From contig NC_092671.1 in NCBI RefSeq assembly GCF_964355755.1, positions 33,428,304-33,492,303 on the forward strand: DNA of 64,000 bases, written 5' to 3'. Of the stretch, positions 59,901 to 64,000 are shown piece after piece. The stretch comes from Antedon mediterranea. Lineage: Eukaryota > Animalia > Echinodermata. Position numbers and translations under genes: made by a program. The first letter of the stretch is position 1. Every line of letters begins with the position of its first letter. The notes under the pieces are model-generated. The model had not been told where the DNA came from, made no database searches, and saw nothing but the letters and a program-made list of their open reading frames with translations.

Positions 59901-62542
59901 AATTTTCTACATGATTCATGACATTTTGCGCATGCCGAATTCCCGCGAAAATTTCACGTATGCTACACTGTATGTAGTTTGTACACAATATTATACTGTT
60001 GATACTGTATATACTTTTCTTCAAGTCATAATGGCATAATCTTTTTCCGTGCGAGAATATTCTAACGTATGATGTGCACATGGCGTTTGTCGTGCGGATA
60101 ATTAACAATTCAAAGTGACGAGTTCAAATCAAAGATCATCGAGCCATAAATTATGCACACCTTACAAGGGATTGAAGCTCTAATATGACAGGTTGCATTT
60201 TTTGGCTATATTCTATTCAATGACAATTTATTATGTTGTATAATAGACTCCTCAAGGCTAAGCGAATGTGTTACATTTTGCATCAGTGGGGAGAGGGGCA
60301 CCATTTGTATTGAATATGATCAAAATAGAGTAGATTTTGGTATTATAATATTTATGACACATTATTATTTCGATACTGTAGTTGTAAGTATTGCCAGAAA
60401 CTGGATTTTGATGTAAAAACATGATTTTATGATTCTGTTTTATTTTATTTCTTATTTAACAACATATTTGTACAGGACTACATACGGTAATCAGGTAAAA
60501 AAAAAACATGTTTTGCATTGTGGTTCTGTCTTAAATACAAAATAAATCGAAACAAAAAAGTAATTTTAGTGTTTAAATAGATTCCTTAGGCGTCATAAAT
60601 CACGGCCCATAACATAAAAAGCATAGTTTGTAGTATTAACATCTGTTATTTGCTGTTTTTTTAAAACCATTTATCTGAATTATCTGTATTTAATGTAAAA
60701 TGTGTCTAATATAAAACAAAAATCCCATATTAAATAAAGACTTACAGTTTTTCCAATGATATCAAACCATCAAATGCACCGCCTTGCAAGGTACGTATTG
60801 AATTAAATCCCAAATTCCTTCAAAATACAGTAAGTGTATTGATATTATTAAGGCTATACTATAAAACGATTTTCAAAAATTTGGTGGTGGTGACTGGTTG
60901 GCGGCGGTTTCATTAGCGGTGGCGGAAGCGGTAGTAGTAATGGTGGTAATGGTGTTGGTAGTGGTGATGGTATTGATAGTGGAAATGGTATTGGTAGTGG
61001 TGATGATATCGGTAGTGGTGACGGTATTGGTAATGGTGAAGGTATTGGTAGTGGTGATGGTTGATAGTGGAAATTGTATTAGTAATGTTGATGGTATCGG
61101 TAGTGGTGATGGTATTGACAGAGGTAATGGTATTGGTAGTGGCAATGATATTGGTAGTTGTGATGATATTGGTAATGGTATTGGTAGTAGTGATGGTATT
61201 GATATTGGTGATGGTATTGCTATTGGTGATGGTATTGCTATTGGTGATGGTATTGGTAGTGGTAATGGTATGCTATTGGTGATAGTATTGCTATTGGTGA
61301 TGGTATTGATAGTGGTAATGGTATTTGTAGTGGTAAATGTGGTATTTATAGTGAATTGTTTGATATTGGTGATGGTATTGATAGTGGTAATGGTAGTGGC
61401 GATGGTATTGATAGTGGTAATGCTGGAAGTGGGGATGATAATGATAGTGGTAATGGTATTGGTAGTGGTGATGTTATTGATAGTGATGATGGTATTGATA
61501 GTGGTGATGGTATTGATAGTGGTGATGGTATTTATATTGGTGATGATATTGTTAATGGTGATGTTATTAATAGTTAACATGGTACGCTATTATTAGATAT
61601 AAGGAACGAACAAAATGGACAAGCTAAATGTAATCAGATGAAATTGCATGGGCAGCCTAATAACCAGAGCCTTGGGTGCTAGACCAACGTAATGAAGGAG
61701 AGTAAGACAATTTTAGGAATATAAATAATATGAATAGTAATACAGTTTTCCTGAGCCAAATCATAAATTCTTGGTATTAATGTTTAGAAATGTTTTGATG
61801 TAAAATATATGGTAATTAACACAATATTTAGTTCCAAATTGTGTTAAAATGTTGGAGTGGGAGGTTATATCAATAGCCTTAACTACAGTGTTTCTTGATC
61901 AAATCTTTGATTCTTGGTATCAGTGTTTAGAGTGAAGTTTGCACTCACTTTTATATAAAGTATATGAATATATCTTTTCAAACAAATATGTTATGTAATA
62001 TGAATCCTATGGTCAAATTATAGAAACAGTACTCAAATATGAGTACTGTTTCTATAATTTGATAGTACAGTATGACTTATATATAATTTACACAGTGCTA
62101 CGCAACACAATTGACTTACATATACACAATGTAATTACATTACATGTAATATGTTTATATGTCATAGCACTGTACAGAGCATCCGAAAGTCTAAAACAAC
62201 CAAATTGTCCCATCATTAAGAATTGGGAGAACTGATTTGCGTTGATTTTTACCCATTTCTCTGTTGTCAATCGGTAAAAAACGTCAGTGATTATTCGAAC
62301 GTACGTGTGATCTGAATATCCGCCATGTGAATCTGGTTCACTCAACTCAATTCGCCACAATTTAACGTCGACAGGAAAAAAGACAGGGATCGGCGTAATA
62401 CAGATCATACACATGCAAGGTAGGTCCTAAATGTACACTAAATGATTTAAACATAGAAAAAAACACTTACAGTATTTTCAATGATGTCAAGTTAGAGAAG
62501 ACATTGGCTGAAAAATTACTAATGTCATTGTACTTCAAATTT
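50945..62542 (-). CDS. Leucine-rich-repeat GPCR (type C LGR; RXFP1/2- or GRL101-like), 5'-incomplete
   Basis: 7TM exon 51953-50945 has hinge LCCL...[30 protein letters not shown] and [11 protein letters not shown]. Eleven phase-2 LRR exons: 62542-62471, 60817-60746, 59344-59273, 58809-58735, 58536-58468, 57946-57875, 55946-55875, 55744-55673, 54896-54825, 53373-53299, 52163-52092. Confidence 0.9.
52684..53225. mobile_element. Kolobok-type element (542 bp) in GPCR intron
   Basis: TTAA|AGATGTATTGTCC ... GGACAATACATCT|TTAA; shares the subterminal AAGTTATTCACTT motif with the 18444 element. Confidence 0.82.
53546..54337 (-). mobile_element. Second HINE copy, GPCR intron
   Basis: Near-identical to 41057-41827, differing mainly in microsatellite length. 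Confidence 0.88.
56720..56816 (-). mobile_element. Miniature HINE-related element
   Basis: AAACAAGGCC...GACCGACATAGTGAGCTATGACTAAAAA; same ends as the 41057 family. An inverted relative is at about 57499-57606. Confidence 0.65.
58071..58263. mobile_element. MITE-like inverted-repeat element (13240 family)
   Basis: Arms GTTGATATTAAGTTTGCGGTAAACCA... and ...TGGTGTACCGCAAACTTTATTATCAAC. Confidence 0.75.
60880..61575. repeat. Degenerate (GGT/GAT/ATT) trinucleotide-based tandem repeat in GPCR intron
   Basis: Recurrent approximately 18-nt unit GGTGATGGTATTGATAGT. Confidence 0.9.
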
Positions 62543-64000
62543 CTATAAAATAATGAATACACATTCAAAGTTTCAAAGCCGTGTATGTTTTCAAATCTTT
62601 AGGACGGCTTTTTCTAATTCTCACATCTTCACCGTTTATAAATTAAATAATTATTATTTTTAACATGTCACTGGGAGGTTTAAAACTTCTCAATGCATTT
62701 CATTATAATAAAGTACAAACAAACCCACAAACAAGCATAATAGAGCGAGTCTATAACTGTTCTACTCTGTGTCCAAAGTTGGAGCACTACCTAGATTTTT
62801 TTCGTACATAAGTTGGAGACTACTTCTTAAATATTATAACTAAATATAACCCTCTAAATATTCTTTCTCACTACAAAGTAAAAACAAAGTTGCTCATGGG
62901 ATTCAAACTCCATACATCGATATGTAAAGTCTATTGTCTAATCCACTAGACTACACAGACGGCTCAACAGAAACCGTTTGAATTAGCGAATTGTATTGTT
63001 ACCTTATGAATATGACTAATGAATGTTCATGTTTATTTTGAGACGTTTCAACGTATGATCAAAAAGAGATATCGATTCCCGCATTCGTTAATGTGCAGTT
63101 TTGTTTACAAAGCATGGATCTTACTGAGTGCAGCACTCGGTGAACCGAATTGCGGAACTCGAGTACAGGAAATAATCTAGCATCAAGTGCTTGTAAAATA
63201 AAGTACTATAACTATTTAGAAAAGTTCACATTCATTTTGATTCGCTTTAACTGTATTCTGTGTCTTTTATGTGTAAACTGACTTTGGGGTTGGGTTAACC
63301 GGCTCAGCTACAGCGATGGACGACATTCCGCCTGCAGACATGATTACAGGAAAATGAGGTGTAGATTCAAGGACTCAAATGTTATTGTAGTTAAAAAATG
63401 ATTCTCTATTGTAGAAGACACTTAGGAATAGTGATGCATCCATTCACCATATCCGATGAACTAGTCGAAAATAACACATACAATGTCATGGAAGCGCTTC
63501 CTAGAGTTATCTAGCTGATTGGTCTTACGATTATTGAGGAAATTAACACATTGTGTATGCCGTCATACAATTCTGTGTAATTAATACGTCTTCATCGACA
63601 TATTTAAAGCTATTGAAATTATTTAAGCAGTAAAATTCGTTAGCGATCACTTACATAAATATTTTATGTATATCTTTATATTATTTTTTATATATCTGTA
63701 TATTTATTTTGATTCTTCTAGATTCACTAAAACCTAATAGCATCCTCGGTGTTTTACTTAAACCATTTAAATTTTGAAAGCCTAGCTTTACTAACTCAGA
63801 ATCATTTCAAACACGCCTATCTGTCGCGTCCTGGAGGACTATGTAGAGGCGGCGAATCACTGTCGTCGCTTATGTCATAGAAGTAACCGTCACGCTCTGT
63901 TAATATTGCCGTCCTCTTCGTTTATCGTCCCGATGCAAACGTTCCCTATTTTCAAAGAGCGACAGTCAAGTGATTTCAACCGATCAAGTTCTCGTGTTTA

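Noticed and set aside
60165-60225. Possible additional LRR exon with a GTAAGG donor
   Set aside because: In-frame stop in the required phase and no LRR consensus.
60873-61596. Thr/Ile- and Val/Met-rich ORFs resembling mucin or membrane proteins
   Set aside because: Stop-poor trinucleotide-based repeat open on both strands, lying between two phase-compatible LRR exons.

Overview
AT-rich, intron-rich animal genomic DNA, probably an invertebrate deuterostome (inference from gene content and repeat types). I assembled four spliced host genes by hand from splice signals. PRMT2 (minus, SH3 + methyltransferase) runs off the left edge. SEC61B (plus, 95 aa) is head-to-head with PRMT2. Mitochondrial GPD2 (minus, 15 coding exons, 723 aa) has one GC-AG intron. 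An RXFP/GRL101-like LRR-GPCR (minus, 11 single-LRR exons plus a 7TM exon) is 5'-incomplete. The rest is dense in transposable elements: a Gypsy LTR element with an internally deleted pol, a full-length decayed Helitron, Helentron-type HINEs, Kolobok-type TTAA elements, RTE/L2/L1 LINE fragments, tRNA- and 5S-derived repeats and minisatellites. The most unusual items are: a nested foldback in a GPD2 intron; a 2.45-kb Kolobok-type element that appears to carry two convergent spliced units; a minimal hammerhead ribozyme and decayed relatives; a perfect 93-bp inverted repeat bracketing the Helitron; 26-bp hairpin micro-insertions with target duplications; and a minisatellite apparently derived from a 5S promoter box. 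No database searches were run, so family assignments rest on recognised motifs.
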